This document shows positions 1 to 8,814 of a DNA stretch of 64,000 nt, piece after piece; within the stretch, counting starts at the first letter, position 1; each line of letters starts with the position of its first letter. The stretch is from Polyangiales bacterium (lineage in GTDB: Bacteria; Myxococcota_A; Polyangia; Polyangiales; Polyangiaceae): assembly GCA_038230375.1 (NCBI GenBank), contig JBBRNJ010000052.1, positions 1 through 64,000 on the forward strand, read 5' to 3'. A program made the position numbers and the translations under genes. The notes beneath the pieces are model-generated. The model was not told the DNA's origin, searched no databases, and was given only the letters and a program-made list of their open reading frames with translations.

Positions 1-287
1 AAGAAGAACACCGTGAAGTCGCCCACGACGATCGGTGTGCCGTAGGGCACCTCGACGATGTTCCGCTTGAGGAGCATGTCGCCGGCGATCGTGCCGTTGG
101 TGGAGACGTCCTCGACGATGATGGAGCCCTCGCGCGGCTCCACCACCGCGTGCTGACGCGAGACGAGATCGCTGTCCAGGCGCAGCACGCAGGTCGGGTG
201 GCGTCCGATGGAGATGGCGCGTCCCACGGGAAATGTCTCCGTGCGCTCCCTCCCGTCCTCGGCCTGAATGACGACCTGTACGTGCAT
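1..287 (-). CDS. FHA-domain N-terminus of a Tad-locus protein (partial, runs off the window), possibly an FHA-CpaF/TadA ATPase fusion
   Basis: Not in the ORF track. Manual translation from ATG 287: MHVQVVIQAEDGRERTETFPVGRAISIGRHPTCVLRLDSDLVSRQHAVVEPREGSIIVEDVSTNGTIAG... carries the FHA motifs GR, SRxHA and DxSTNGT. Starts 7 nt after the secretin stop. Confidence 0.8.
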   Translation of the reverse strand, partial: MHVQVVIQAEDGRERTETFPVGRAISIGRHPTCVLRLDSDLVSRQHAVVEPREGSIIVEDVSTNGTIAGDMLLKRNIVEVPYGTPIVVGDFTVFF

Positions 288-294
288 ATTACAA

Positions 295-1677
295 TTACTT
301 CGCCGAGGGCGGCGCCTTCGGGAACGTGTCCACTGTCTCGATGTCTCCGGAGAACTCCTTGTACTGATCCACCGCCGTCTTGATCAGCTCGAGCGACGAC
401 TTGGGAACCGAGTCGATGATGCTCGGGATGATGAAGAGCGCGCCCTCCACCTCCTGGTAGTTACGCGTCTGCGTGCCGAAGAGCAGGCCGATGACCGGGA
501 CCTCGCTGATGAACGGCAGCCCCTTGTTGTCGTTGCGGAGCTCGCTGGTGTGGAGACCGGAGAGGATCACGGCCTGCCCGAGCTTGAGCGTCACGAGCGT
601 CTCGACGTTCGTGGTGTTCCGGCCCGGGATGTTTCCGGTGACGGGCGGCGTGAACTCCGAGAAGTCGGTCGTGATCTTGACCTCGCAGTCCCTGGTGACT
701 GCGTCGTAGCGAGGGAGGACCTTCACGTTGGTGCCGGAGAAGAGCTTCTGGATCGTGACGGTCAGACCGCTGGTCTGGAAGTTCTGCTCTTCACCGCTGT
801 TGAACTGGGCCTCGGAGCCGTTGCTCGTGATGATGGTGGCTTGCTTCAGGACCTTGGCCCAGCCACGCGTCGACGAGATGTCCAGCCGCGGCAAGGGCTG
901 GTCGACGATCGATGCCTGCGCGGCGGTCGCCGTCTTCGAGACAAAGTCGAACGTGAACTGGCTCTGGACGATCGGCTGTCCCTGAGGGCTTATGCCGTTG
1001 ATGCTGTCCGGCCAGCCGACGCCAACGGCGAAGTGCCGCGCCTTCTGGTACCGCACGAAGAAGAAGTCGATGCGAACGAGGAGCTTGCGCTCCGCCGCGG
1101 TGGGCCCGAAGGTGACGAGTGACTCGACCTGGCCGTTGTAGCTCTCCGCGACGCGCTGCACGCGCTTCAGGTCCGCCTCGGATGAGACGCCACCCTGGAT
1201 GAAGATGCGCGCGCCGATGCGCCGCGTGGTGAGGCCCGTGATGCCCTCGATCAGCGATGCGACCTCTTTCTCGACCGCCTGAGGAGAGCGCAGCGCGACG
1301 TTGATATCGTAGGTGACGCGCGTGCCGTCGTTCTTGATGAGGAGCAGCGTGGTGGAGCCGGGCTTGCGACCGCTGATGACGAACTGCGATCCCTCAGGGG
1401 TGGGCGTGACCGATGCGATGTCTTCCGCGGCGACGGAGTACTGGCGCACCCCGGTCGCGGGGATCGTCTTGGTCTCGCCGACGGCGAGCCCGATGTCCTC
1501 CGCATGACCAGTGCCGGGGGCCGCTGCACCGCCACCCTTGGGATCTGGCGCAGCGAGCGCGACGCCACCGGTGAGGCAAAGCGACAAGCCAACACCGACG
1601 CCGATGCCAACAAGACGAGCGAAAAGCGGGGCGAGGACGGGCGTCTGGCGCCGCGAGTAGATACCGAGTGCGCCCAT
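295..1677 (-). CDS. cpaC: Tad/Flp pilus secretin (RcpA/CpaC family)
   Basis: Signal peptide; N-terminal pilus-formation domain (GRKPGSTTLLL); BON-like segment; secretin C-terminus (TLVTLKLGQAVILSGL...GLPFISEVPVIGLLFG); lies downstream of cpaB. Confidence 0.88.
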   Translation of the reverse strand: MGALGIYSRRQTPVLAPLFARLVGIGVGVGLSLCLTGGVALAAPDPKGGGAAAPGTGHAEDIGLAVGETKTIPATGVRQYSVAAEDIASVTPTPEGSQFVISGRKPGSTTLLLIKNDGTRVTYDINVALRSPQAVEKEVASLIEGITGLTTRRIGARIFIQGGVSSEADLKRVQRVAESYNGQVESLVTFGPTAAERKLLVRIDFFFVRYQKARHFAVGVGWPDSINGISPQGQPIVQSQFTFDFVSKTATAAQASIVDQPLPRLDISSTRGWAKVLKQATIITSNGSEAQFNSGEEQNFQTSGLTVTIQKLFSGTNVKVLPRYDAVTRDCEVKITTDFSEFTPPVTGNIPGRNTTNVETLVTLKLGQAVILSGLHTSELRNDNKGLPFISEVPVIGLLFGTQTRNYQEVEGALFIIPSIIDSVPKSSLELIKTAVDQYKEFSGDIETVDTFPKAPPSAK

Positions 1678-2466
1678 TTAGTTGCCGCCACCGATGCGCT
1701 GCGGCACGTTGGACCGCACGCCCTGGATCGCCGTTCGCTGCTTGCTGTCGACGATCGCTGCCATGTTGATGTCCGGAAGGCGCTCTGCAGTGCGCTGATC
1801 GTCCGGGTTGCGGAGCGCGACGGCGATTCGCCCGCGGTCCGCGGCGAGCGCGAGGATCTGCGCTTCCGGAAGCGTGAGGCTCACGGTGAGGATCGGATCT
1901 CCACCGTAGCGGTCGGCTTCCTTCTGCCCGTCCGACTGCGTGCTCGCGCCCGAGGCCACGACGAGCACGCGCTGAAGGAGCACGACCGCGGCTTCCTTGT
2001 CACCGTTGTCCGCGTTGCCGGTGCCGAACACGCCGATCACGTCGACGTAGTCGCCGGGGCGAATGAGCTGCGTGCTGGACTCTTCACGCGCGGTCCGGAT
2101 GGACACGGCGCGATAGCCAGGCTGCACCATGGACGCGAGATCGCGCTGCTCTTCGGTCGCAGTGACGAGGTCCGTCCACATGAGCGTCTGCTGCGCCTTC
2201 ACGGTGTTGCCCACCTTGAGGTTCATGATCTTGCTCTTGTCGAGCTCCTTGATGGCGCGTTCCTCCACGTAGGCCTGTGGGACCTCACGCGTGGCGACAG
2301 CGTCTTCCGTGATGGGCTTGCCGCGATCGATCTGCTTGAGAGCGATCAAGAGCTTCACCTTCTCACCGCCGGATGCCTCCGCTTCGAACCGACGTTGGTA
2401 CAAAAGCAGGAGGAATACGCCGAGGATTCCCACCACGAGCGCGATGAAAAGAGCACGACGATTCAT
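1678..2466 (-). CDS. cpaB: Flp pilus assembly protein CpaB/RcpC
   Basis: N-terminal TM, SAF-like domain, PGYRAVSI and IRPGDYVDVI motifs, C-terminal ALRNPDD. Confidence 0.92.
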   Translation of the reverse strand: MNRRALFIALVVGILGVFLLLLYQRRFEAEASGGEKVKLLIALKQIDRGKPITEDAVATREVPQAYVEERAIKELDKSKIMNLKVGNTVKAQQTLMWTDLVTATEEQRDLASMVQPGYRAVSIRTAREESSTQLIRPGDYVDVIGVFGTGNADNGDKEAAVVLLQRVLVVASGASTQSDGQKEADRYGGDPILTVSLTLPEAQILALAADRGRIAVALRNPDDQRTAERLPDINMAAIVDSKQRTAIQGVRSNVPQRIGGGN

Positions 2467-2587
2467 TGTCTGGGAAGGTACCCGTGTTCGCTCGGAAGTG
2501 GAAGCGGCGCAAGCGGGATCAGCGCATCCGTCGCGTCCATGGCCTGGGCGTCATGTTGCGCGGACTTCCCTGGACCTGCGCGGACAG

Positions 2588-2968
2588 TCAGTTGGGGCAG
2601 CTTCGGGCACAGGACGCGCGGTTTGCTTGACAGCGCTGCTGACACGGTCGGGACTTATCGAAGCAGCTCTTCAGACAGTTCTGGTCCTTCGGCTTCAGGT
2701 ACTTCGGGTTGTCCTTTTCGTCGATGTCGCACTTGTCCATGCAAGGCTTCTGCTCGACGACGCATTTCTTCACGCAGACCTTCGCGTTGTTCTCGCAGCC
2801 CTGCCCGCAGTCGTTGATGGCGCCGACAGCCGAGATGGTCGTCCCATCCGAGGCCTGGGCGGAGGATTCGGTGGAGGCCACCGTGAAGACTCCGCAGAAC
2901 AGCGCCCCGCCCACGACGGCGCCCATGACGGCGCGTGACGCCACTGCGGAGAGGTTTCGAGAGATCAT
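2588..2968 (-). CDS. Small secreted Cys-rich protein (12 Cys in two CX3CX6CX3CX6CX3C blocks)
   Basis: 126-aa ORF with signal peptide; ATGA-coupled to the upstream gene inside the tad operon. Confidence 0.75.
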   Translation of the reverse strand: MISRNLSAVASRAVMGAVVGGALFCGVFTVASTESSAQASDGTTISAVGAINDCGQGCENNAKVCVKKCVVEQKPCMDKCDIDEKDNPKYLKPKDQNCLKSCFDKSRPCQQRCQANRASCARSCPN

Positions 2969-3969
2969 TGCGGGGTGACAGCCTGGAGCGAGCCGTGGTT
3001 CTGCGGTGTGAGCTCGGAGATCGAGAGGTAGCGTTTTCCTTCCGTCTCGAACGAACCGAGCATCACCTGGGTGCCTTCGTGGAAGTAGGCGCGAACGCGC
3101 GCGCCGTTCTCCAGGTCCGGAGCGATGCCAGTGAAGTGCGCGTTGTGCGCCCAGTTGTCGTAGAAGGCCGCGACCTCATCCGGTGACTGCTTCACCTCGT
3201 AGACGCGAACACCATACGGCGTCCCCACCACTTCTGCGTTCATCACGCGGCGCGCGCCTTCGGGCTTGGGCAATGCGGTGTCCGTACCGAGCGACTCCTC
3301 GCTGGTGTTGTTGGCAGTGAGACCGATCTTGTCGAAACGGAAGCTGTCCTCGGTCCACGCGGTGATGGTCTTGGTCTCGCGTACACCCTTCGTGACGTAG
3401 ACGTAGCGAAGCTTGCCTATCTCGCCGAGGTCTTGCGTCTGGTTGAACTTGGTCATCGCCTCGGCGAAGGTGGAGCCGCTCTTCGTGCCCTTGGTGAAGC
3501 AGATGAGCATGCCCTCCGTGTCGCCTTCCTGCTTGATGACGCCGTTCGCGATGTCGCTCGGCGGGGCAGGAATGGGCTCACCCTTCGGATTGCGGAACTG
3601 GTCTTGCGGGATCTTGGCGAACACCTCACCGAAGGCCGATGGGTTCTTCTCGCAGATCTCCTGGAAGTGACCAAGGACGTCGTGCACGGAGTCCTTGTTG
3701 AACTCCTGGGCATAGTAGATCGACTGGCCATTGAGCTTGATGTGCGTCACGCCCTCGGGCTCGGGCGCAAGGGCCGCGAGCTCGCGACCGAAGGACATGC
3801 TGGTCTGTCGCGCGTTCGCATTGGCGGAGTGAGCGAGGATGCCGAAGCCGGCGAGGCTCGCGCAGGAGAGCCACGCTGCCACGCGCAACGTGCCCTTGAC
3901 CCGGCGCAGGCCCGGAGAGCCGGCTTTCAGATTTCGCTTCCACGCAGCAAGTAGAACAAGGGGCAACAT
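2965..3969 (-). CDS. Tad-locus hypothetical exported/membrane-anchored protein
   Basis: ORF with N-terminal hydrophobic segment. Start moved to ATG 3969, which is preceded by a GAGGT RBS. Confidence 0.7.
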   Translation of the reverse strand: MLPLVLLAAWKRNLKAGSPGLRRVKGTLRVAAWLSCASLAGFGILAHSANANARQTSMSFGRELAALAPEPEGVTHIKLNGQSIYYAQEFNKDSVHDVLGHFQEICEKNPSAFGEVFAKIPQDQFRNPKGEPIPAPPSDIANGVIKQEGDTEGMLICFTKGTKSGSTFAEAMTKFNQTQDLGEIGKLRYVYVTKGVRETKTITAWTEDSFRFDKIGLTANNTSEESLGTDTALPKPEGARRVMNAEVVGTPYGVRVYEVKQSPDEVAAFYDNWAHNAHFTGIAPDLENGARVRAYFHEGTQVMLGSFETEGKRYLSISELTPQNHGSLQAVTPQ

Positions 3970-3988
3970 GAGTACCTCGCGAGATTCC

Positions 3989-4537
3989 CTAGTAGAGCGA
4001 ACCGATCTTGTTCTTCGCGTAGCTGAAGAGCCCCCCGATGCTACCATCCTGGGGCTCTTCGATGCAAAGCGCGGTCGACTTCATGCCGGTGATCTTGATC
4101 GACAGACCCTGGCCGCCAGTCGCGCTGTTCGGCTTCGGGTTGTTGATGGTGCTCGACGAGTAGCTGACCTCGGCCTTCTGCATGAAGCCGCTGGCCTTCG
4201 CCGCGCCGCCGCTCTGCCCGAGCGCGCCGGACGATGTGCTGTCACTGGCGCCCGCACCGGATTGGCCAGTGGCGACGCTGCCGCCGGCGCCCTTGGAGGT
4301 GCCGCTGTACGTGATCTTCTGCGACTTGCACGCGTGCGAAGCGTAATCGAGCACCTCCGAGCGAACCTCCTGATTCGAGGTCAGCTTGCTGGAGTAGGCG
4401 TTGAACATCATCATGGTCAGGCCGAGCATCGCGATCATCACGGGCAGGACGACCGCGGCTTCGACGAGCGCCGCGCCGCGCTGACGGCCGCGAGCCCGTG
4501 AGCTTGCGAGGGTGTTGTGGAGGGATCGGGAGATCAT
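3989..4537 (-). CDS. TadE/TadF-like pseudopilin
   Basis: RQRG|AALVEAAVVLPV prepilin cleavage motif with E+5, then a hydrophobic helix; C-terminal Cys pair. Confidence 0.85.
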   Translation of the reverse strand: MISRSLHNTLASSRARGRQRGAALVEAAVVLPVMIAMLGLTMMMFNAYSSKLTSNQEVRSEVLDYASHACKSQKITYSGTSKGAGGSVATGQSGAGASDSTSSGALGQSGGAAKASGFMQKAEVSYSSSTINNPKPNSATGGQGLSIKITGMKSTALCIEEPQDGSIGGLFSYAKNKIGSLY

Positions 4538-6084
4538 CAGTGCAACACTCCTTGCGACGCCTTGCCGACCGAGCTCCCCATCGCCTTGGTGATGGACTCG
4601 TTATACGAGTCCTGGATGGCCTTCTCCCCCTGATCGAGAAGCGCGCCGAGCGCATCAACGCCCTTCTCACCCGCACCGCCACCCAGCTTCTTGGCGTTCT
4701 TGCCAAGAATCGCAGAGATGTTCCGGGCGACCTTCGTGTTCTTGAGCTGATCGGTGAGTGCGTCGGTCCCGAAGTCGAGGAGCGGACCGAGCAGGTTGCT
4801 TCCAATGACGCCCATGAGCATGCCGAAGAAGTCGGGCGAAGCCACGTGCTTCATGCGGGAGGTCCAGCGCATGTTGAAGACCGCGTTGTCGTCCTTGCTG
4901 CAGCTCTCGTCGTCCCACTTCTCCTCGCAGTCGAAGTAGAACTCGGACTGGGCGAAGTACATCGGTGTAGAAGGATTCTGTCCCTTGAGAGACGCCGCAA
5001 GCGGCACTCCGGTCTTCGTCCCCTGGGCGAGCGCCACCCTGTGTTCGGCGTCCTCGGTGTAGCCCTTCGGGAAGCTGAAGCTCCAGACTTGCATCCAGTC
5101 GTTGCCGTTCTGGGCAGGCGAGTACATGCGCTTCCAGCCGAACATCTTCTGTTCCCACACGCCGCCGTCGCAGTCGGTGGTGAGGTCGCCGATGAACTTG
5201 ATGAGCCACCGCAAGAAGCCCGGAACGAGGTCGGCGACCTTGTCGACCGCACGCTCGCACAGCTCTTTGTTCTCCACGAGGATGACAGGGAGACCCAGCT
5301 TCATGTCGCTGTTGAAAGACGCACTGTTGGGCTTGTTCTTCGCGGAGCCGCTGCGCTGGAACTGCGAGAGCAGTCCGCTCATGTTCGTATTGCCGCCAGC
5401 AGGCGCCTTGCCGCCGCCGAACAGCTTGCCGAGCGGCAAGGAGAACGAGAACCCAGGTATGTTCGAAGCGCTCGCCGCTATCGCTGTCGACTCATAGTCA
5501 GAGCCTACGTTGAAGCCGGCATACGACCCGTACCATGGATACCCTATCGCGGCAGCGGTGCTCGCAATGCTCAATGCGGGGAGACCAAAGCGGATGACCG
5601 TGTTGTCGTATGCGGTCTCGGCCTTGTCGAGCGCCTCGTATGCCGGGAAGCAAACCTCTGCGGTGATGATGGCGAACGAGCAAGCGAGCGCGGCCCACTT
5701 GAGGACGGCGAGCACGCAGTGCACGATCACGAGCACGAACATGATCAGGTTGATGACGGCGATCAGGTTCATGCCGCGCGCATTGACGGCGGCTGCGCTG
5801 AACACGGCGTGATCCGCGCCTTCCTGCATGCGGTCCTTGAAGACCATCGCGTCGCCGACACCCTTCATGAACCACATCGAACCGATGAGGAACGTCGCCA
5901 TGAAGAGGCCGATCAACATGACCGCGCCGCGCTCGTCCTGGCGAAGAGATTTCTCTCGCTCGCTGGGCGCGCGTGCCGGGGGGGCATCGAAGCTGAACCA
6001 CGACGCGAGCATGGCCAGTATGGACAGCGGAGCGAGCTCAGCCCACTTGCTACCGACCCATGAAGATGAGATTGAGGTGCTCAT
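4537..6084 (-). CDS. TadG-like large pseudopilin (Tad domain protein)
   Basis: DERG|AVMLIGLF prepilin-like motif and DRMQEGADHAVFSAA Tad_N signature; overlap-coupled to both neighbours. Confidence 0.8.
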   Translation of the reverse strand: MSTSISSSWVGSKWAELAPLSILAMLASWFSFDAPPARAPSEREKSLRQDERGAVMLIGLFMATFLIGSMWFMKGVGDAMVFKDRMQEGADHAVFSAAAVNARGMNLIAVINLIMFVLVIVHCVLAVLKWAALACSFAIITAEVCFPAYEALDKAETAYDNTVIRFGLPALSIASTAAAIGYPWYGSYAGFNVGSDYESTAIAASASNIPGFSFSLPLGKLFGGGKAPAGGNTNMSGLLSQFQRSGSAKNKPNSASFNSDMKLGLPVILVENKELCERAVDKVADLVPGFLRWLIKFIGDLTTDCDGGVWEQKMFGWKRMYSPAQNGNDWMQVWSFSFPKGYTEDAEHRVALAQGTKTGVPLAASLKGQNPSTPMYFAQSEFYFDCEEKWDDESCSKDDNAVFNMRWTSRMKHVASPDFFGMLMGVIGSNLLGPLLDFGTDALTDQLKNTKVARNISAILGKNAKKLGGGAGEKGVDALGALLDQGEKAIQDSYNESITKAMGSSVGKASQGVLH

Positions 6085-6587
6085 TCGGCCTTATACTTCG
6101 CACCCTGGTGCGGCATGGTGGCTTCGTACGGGATCTTCATCGTTCCACCTTTGCAAATGAGCTTTCCCATCATGGGGACCGTGCACTTGTACGTGGCCGT
6201 GACCTTCACCTTCACGGGACCGTAGGGATCGTCCTTCGAGGAGCGGTCGGTCACTGTCACGTCGACCGAGGTGATGGCCCCGTTTCCGATCCATGGACCC
6301 AGTGCAGCAGCGGCGGCGCCCTTGGCCTGCTCTTCACCGCTGCCCTCGGCACCGGGGTTGTTCTCGTGTGCGTTGGAGAACACGGCGGCGGCGCGCGCAG
6401 CGGTGATCGTGGCGTGCTTGGTCGCCAGCTTGGCCGCGTAGATCTTGGTGACCTCCACGAAGCCGAAGAAGGTCATCATCAACGGCATCAGCGCGACGAT
6501 GAACTCCACGAGGACCGCGCCTCTGCGATCTCGCAGCAGGCTCGGTTTCGTCTTGTCCTCAGGGGGCCTCACGCTCTCGGTGTTCAT
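6081..6587 (-). CDS. TadE-like pseudopilin
   Basis: DRRG|AVLVEFIVALMP and AARAAAV motifs; ATG 6587 overlaps the peptidase stop (ATGA). Confidence 0.85.
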   Translation of the reverse strand: MNTESVRPPEDKTKPSLLRDRRGAVLVEFIVALMPLMMTFFGFVEVTKIYAAKLATKHATITAARAAAVFSNAHENNPGAEGSGEEQAKGAAAAALGPWIGNGAITSVDVTVTDRSSKDDPYGPVKVKVTATYKCTVPMMGKLICKGGTMKIPYEATMPHQGAKYKAE

Positions 6588-7126
6588 TTGAAACCCCAGT
6601 GCAGGTAGACGGTGACAGCAGCGCCAATCAACATGCAAGGCCCAAGCCGGAACCAGGACATCACTTCGGGTTCCACGGTGCGGCGTTTTTCCTTCGGGAG
6701 AATCGGGTTCAACATGAGAAAGCCAGTGTTCTTCAGAGTCGCGAGTAGCTTACCGTCGTACGCCAGGCGGGCGGGTGCGATGACAATCGCGGCGACGAAG
6801 GTGTAGAGCTCGACCTCGAGACCAAGCGACGGCTGACAGAGCGCGCCGACCGCGGCGAGCATCTTCACATCACCACCGCCAATGGCATTCTGGCGAAAGA
6901 GCATGACGGGGACGACCCCGGTCACGAGCGCACCAGCCACCGAGAAACCCGCTTCGTAGGGGACCTCGGCAGGCTCCACCCCATGAGAGCTCGCGTAGAC
7001 GTAGTGCGCGACCGGCGCGAGGAACAGCGGCGGCAGCGTCAGCCAGTTCGGAATGTTTCCCGTCTTCACGTCAAACACCGCAGCGACGGCGCTGAGAACG
7101 AGCGCTGCGATGAGGAAAGGCATCAT
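6584..7126 (-). CDS. cpaA: Prepilin peptidase CpaA/TadV (A24 family)
   Basis: FDVKTGNIPNWL and GGGDVKM catalytic Asp motifs; multi-TM. Start set at MMPF. Confidence 0.9.
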   Translation of the reverse strand: MMPFLIAALVLSAVAAVFDVKTGNIPNWLTLPPLFLAPVAHYVYASSHGVEPAEVPYEAGFSVAGALVTGVVPVMLFRQNAIGGGDVKMLAAVGALCQPSLGLEVELYTFVAAIVIAPARLAYDGKLLATLKNTGFLMLNPILPKEKRRTVEPEVMSWFRLGPCMLIGAAVTVYLHWGFK

Positions 7127-7139
7127 CCCGCGATCAACC

Positions 7140-7361
7140 TCATGGGATGGGTGCCATGATGCTCGTGCGCGCTGCTCTGTATTGATTGAGCAGTTGCACG
7201 CCACCAGCACTGATTCCCGCCATCACGGGAATTGCCACTGCGGTGAGCAGGAATGCGTACTCCACGAGCACCGCGCCACGAGAGCGACGCGCCTTGCGTG
7301 AGATGACCGCGGCCAATCTTGCCCGATCCGTATCGTTTGATGTGCTCGCCTTCACGCTCAT
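7140..7361 (-). CDS. Second Flp-family pilin
   Basis: RSRG|AVLVEYAFLL Flp motif (G-x4-EY) followed by a hydrophobic helix; 73 aa. Confidence 0.78.
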   Translation of the reverse strand: MSVKASTSNDTDRARLAAVISRKARRSRGAVLVEYAFLLTAVAIPVMAGISAGGVQLLNQYRAARTSIMAPIP

Positions 7362-7450
7362 GACGTTCGGCTCCAAGCTGGAGAACGGGGACAAAGATGG
7401 AGCCTGGCCTGCAGTTGGCCGGGTCCGTTGGTTTCTCTGCGCGCAAATGC

Positions 7451-7502
7451 GGCTCACGAGCGAACCGGCAACGGATCTTGCCGTTGCGGACGCCCGTGAG
7501 CC
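7451..7502 (-). terminator. Long stem-loop between the two pilin genes (attenuator or mRNA stabiliser)
   Basis: GGCTCACGAGCG...GCAACGG-ATCTTG-CCGTTGC...CGCCCGTGAGCC inverted repeat, 16 nt after the flp stop; no strong U-tract. Confidence 0.6.
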
Positions 7503-7518
7503 TCTGGCGCAGAAGGCC

Positions 7519-7671
7519 TCAGAGTTTGGTGGCGGCGTTGGTGGCAGCTGCGCCGACCTTCGGGCCGAGGGCCTTGTACGCAGCCGCGGCGAGCAGGAGA
7601 ACTGCCACGAGCAGGAGGGCGTACTCGACCATCGACGCGCCACGCTTCACGAACTTCATTGCCTTCTTCAT
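7519..7671 (-). CDS. flp: Major Flp pilin
   Basis: MKKAMKFVKRG|ASMVEYALLLVAVLLLAAAAY..., 50 aa; strong GAAGGAG RBS; first gene of the operon. Confidence 0.92.
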   Translation of the reverse strand: MKKAMKFVKRGASMVEYALLLVAVLLLAAAAYKALGPKVGAAATNAATKL

Positions 7672-7832
7672 TTGATTCTCTCCTTCAATCGCCCCTGGGG
7701 GCTGTCTCTGTAAACTTGCGCACCCGATGATACTGGGTACGCCCAAACTCGTGTCGACCTACCTGACCGCTGCTTCGATTCTTCGTTTTCGCTTTCGGTC
7801 GCCGCCGCAGTCGCGTCGTCGTGACCAATCAA

Positions 7833-7848
7833 TCCATCATTCGTGCCA
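7833..7848 (-). promoter_or_regulatory. Possible sigma54 -24/-12 promoter of the tad operon
   Basis: TGGCACG-AATG-ATGGA: perfect -24 element but non-canonical -12 (GG instead of GC). Confidence 0.3.
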
Positions 7849-8034
7849 GCGTTACTTTTTGGAGACGTCCAACTGGTGTCTCTGGATTGTGACGTATCTG
7901 ACCAGGATCCGTATAGTTGGCGGTTTCCCTACACCACCGCTGAAGTTTTCTTGGATCCTGACATGTCCATGTGTGGGGTTCTTTTGATCCAGAAAGTGTC
8001 TCGCAAGAGTCACACCAACGCCTACATTGTAGGA

Positions 8035-8703
8035 CTACTGGTTAATCTTCACCGGGCCTGTTGGGCGGGCGTAATAGACCACGGGCTTCTTCTCCTGAAC
8101 GAAGACCTGGTTGAAGAGGATGATGCCCTCGAAGGCGCCCACGTTGAACTCGCGCGATGGGTTCTGGGGCTTCAGGCGGTCGCTGCCCTTCTCGCCGGTG
8201 TCGATGGTGACCGCGAAGGGCTCGTTCGGACGGACCGCGAGCTCGAAGTGCGCGGCGCCAGCGACGTCGGTGCGGGCGACCGTGTTTCCCAGGTATTTCA
8301 CCGGTAAATTGGCCCCGTTCACGGCGCGGACCGCGACCACCACGCGGCGCTCGAGCGCAGCACATGCGGCGCCGTATTCGGGCACCTTCTGGATGTCGAC
8401 GAAGCGGACGAGCGTGACGGAGATCGGGCGCTTCGGTGACTCGAAGTTCTGCGGGCAGCGGATGGTGAGGTCCACGGTCTCGCCCTCGGTTCCGTTGAGG
8501 GCAACCAGGAGCGCTCCGTCGGCCTGCGTCGCCCCAAGCTCCTTCGTGTCGCGCAGGACGGTGGCGCCACCAACGGGGCGCCCCACGTCGCCGGTGACGC
8601 GAATCCGCACCTGAAAAGGCGCGGGCGGCTTCGCATCGAGGCTACCGCACCCTGCACCGAGCAGGGAGGCAGACAGGACCAGCGCAGTGAGACCACGGCT
8701 CAT
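8035..8703 (-). CDS. Lipoprotein with two Ig-like/carboxypeptidase-regulatory-like beta domains
   Basis: Lipobox-like LGAGC; internally duplicated ...G.T..DG/AG... beta-sandwich motifs. Confidence 0.65.
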   Translation of the reverse strand: MSRGLTALVLSASLLGAGCGSLDAKPPAPFQVRIRVTGDVGRPVGGATVLRDTKELGATQADGALLVALNGTEGETVDLTIRCPQNFESPKRPISVTLVRFVDIQKVPEYGAACAALERRVVVAVRAVNGANLPVKYLGNTVARTDVAGAAHFELAVRPNEPFAVTIDTGEKGSDRLKPQNPSREFNVGAFEGIILFNQVFVQEKKPVVYYARPTGPVKINQ

Positions 8704-8711
8704 CGTAGACA

Positions 8712-8740
8712 AGGATGCCTGTCCTTCTACGAAGGGTCAA
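8712..8740 (-). promoter_or_regulatory. sigma70-type promoter, probably leaderless
   Basis: TTGACC-N17-CATCCT, then 8 nt to ATG 8703. Confidence 0.5.
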
Positions 8741-8785
8741 GACGCCGCCTTCCCACGAACAAACAAGCGTAGCAGGCACGCCCAC

Positions 8786-8814
8786 ACCTCGACCTCGACC
8801 TCGACCTCGACCTC
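8786..8814 (+). repeat. (ACCTCG)n hexamer array, about 5 copies
   Basis: Read directly; the last unit overlaps the kamA-like stop codon. Confidence 0.95.

Noticed and set aside
2463..2645. Small ORF whose stop overlaps the cpaB start, or a frameshifted extension of the Cys-rich gene
   Set aside because: The Cys-rich protein ends cleanly after its symmetric motif, and the peptide has no recognisable features; the overlap may be chance.
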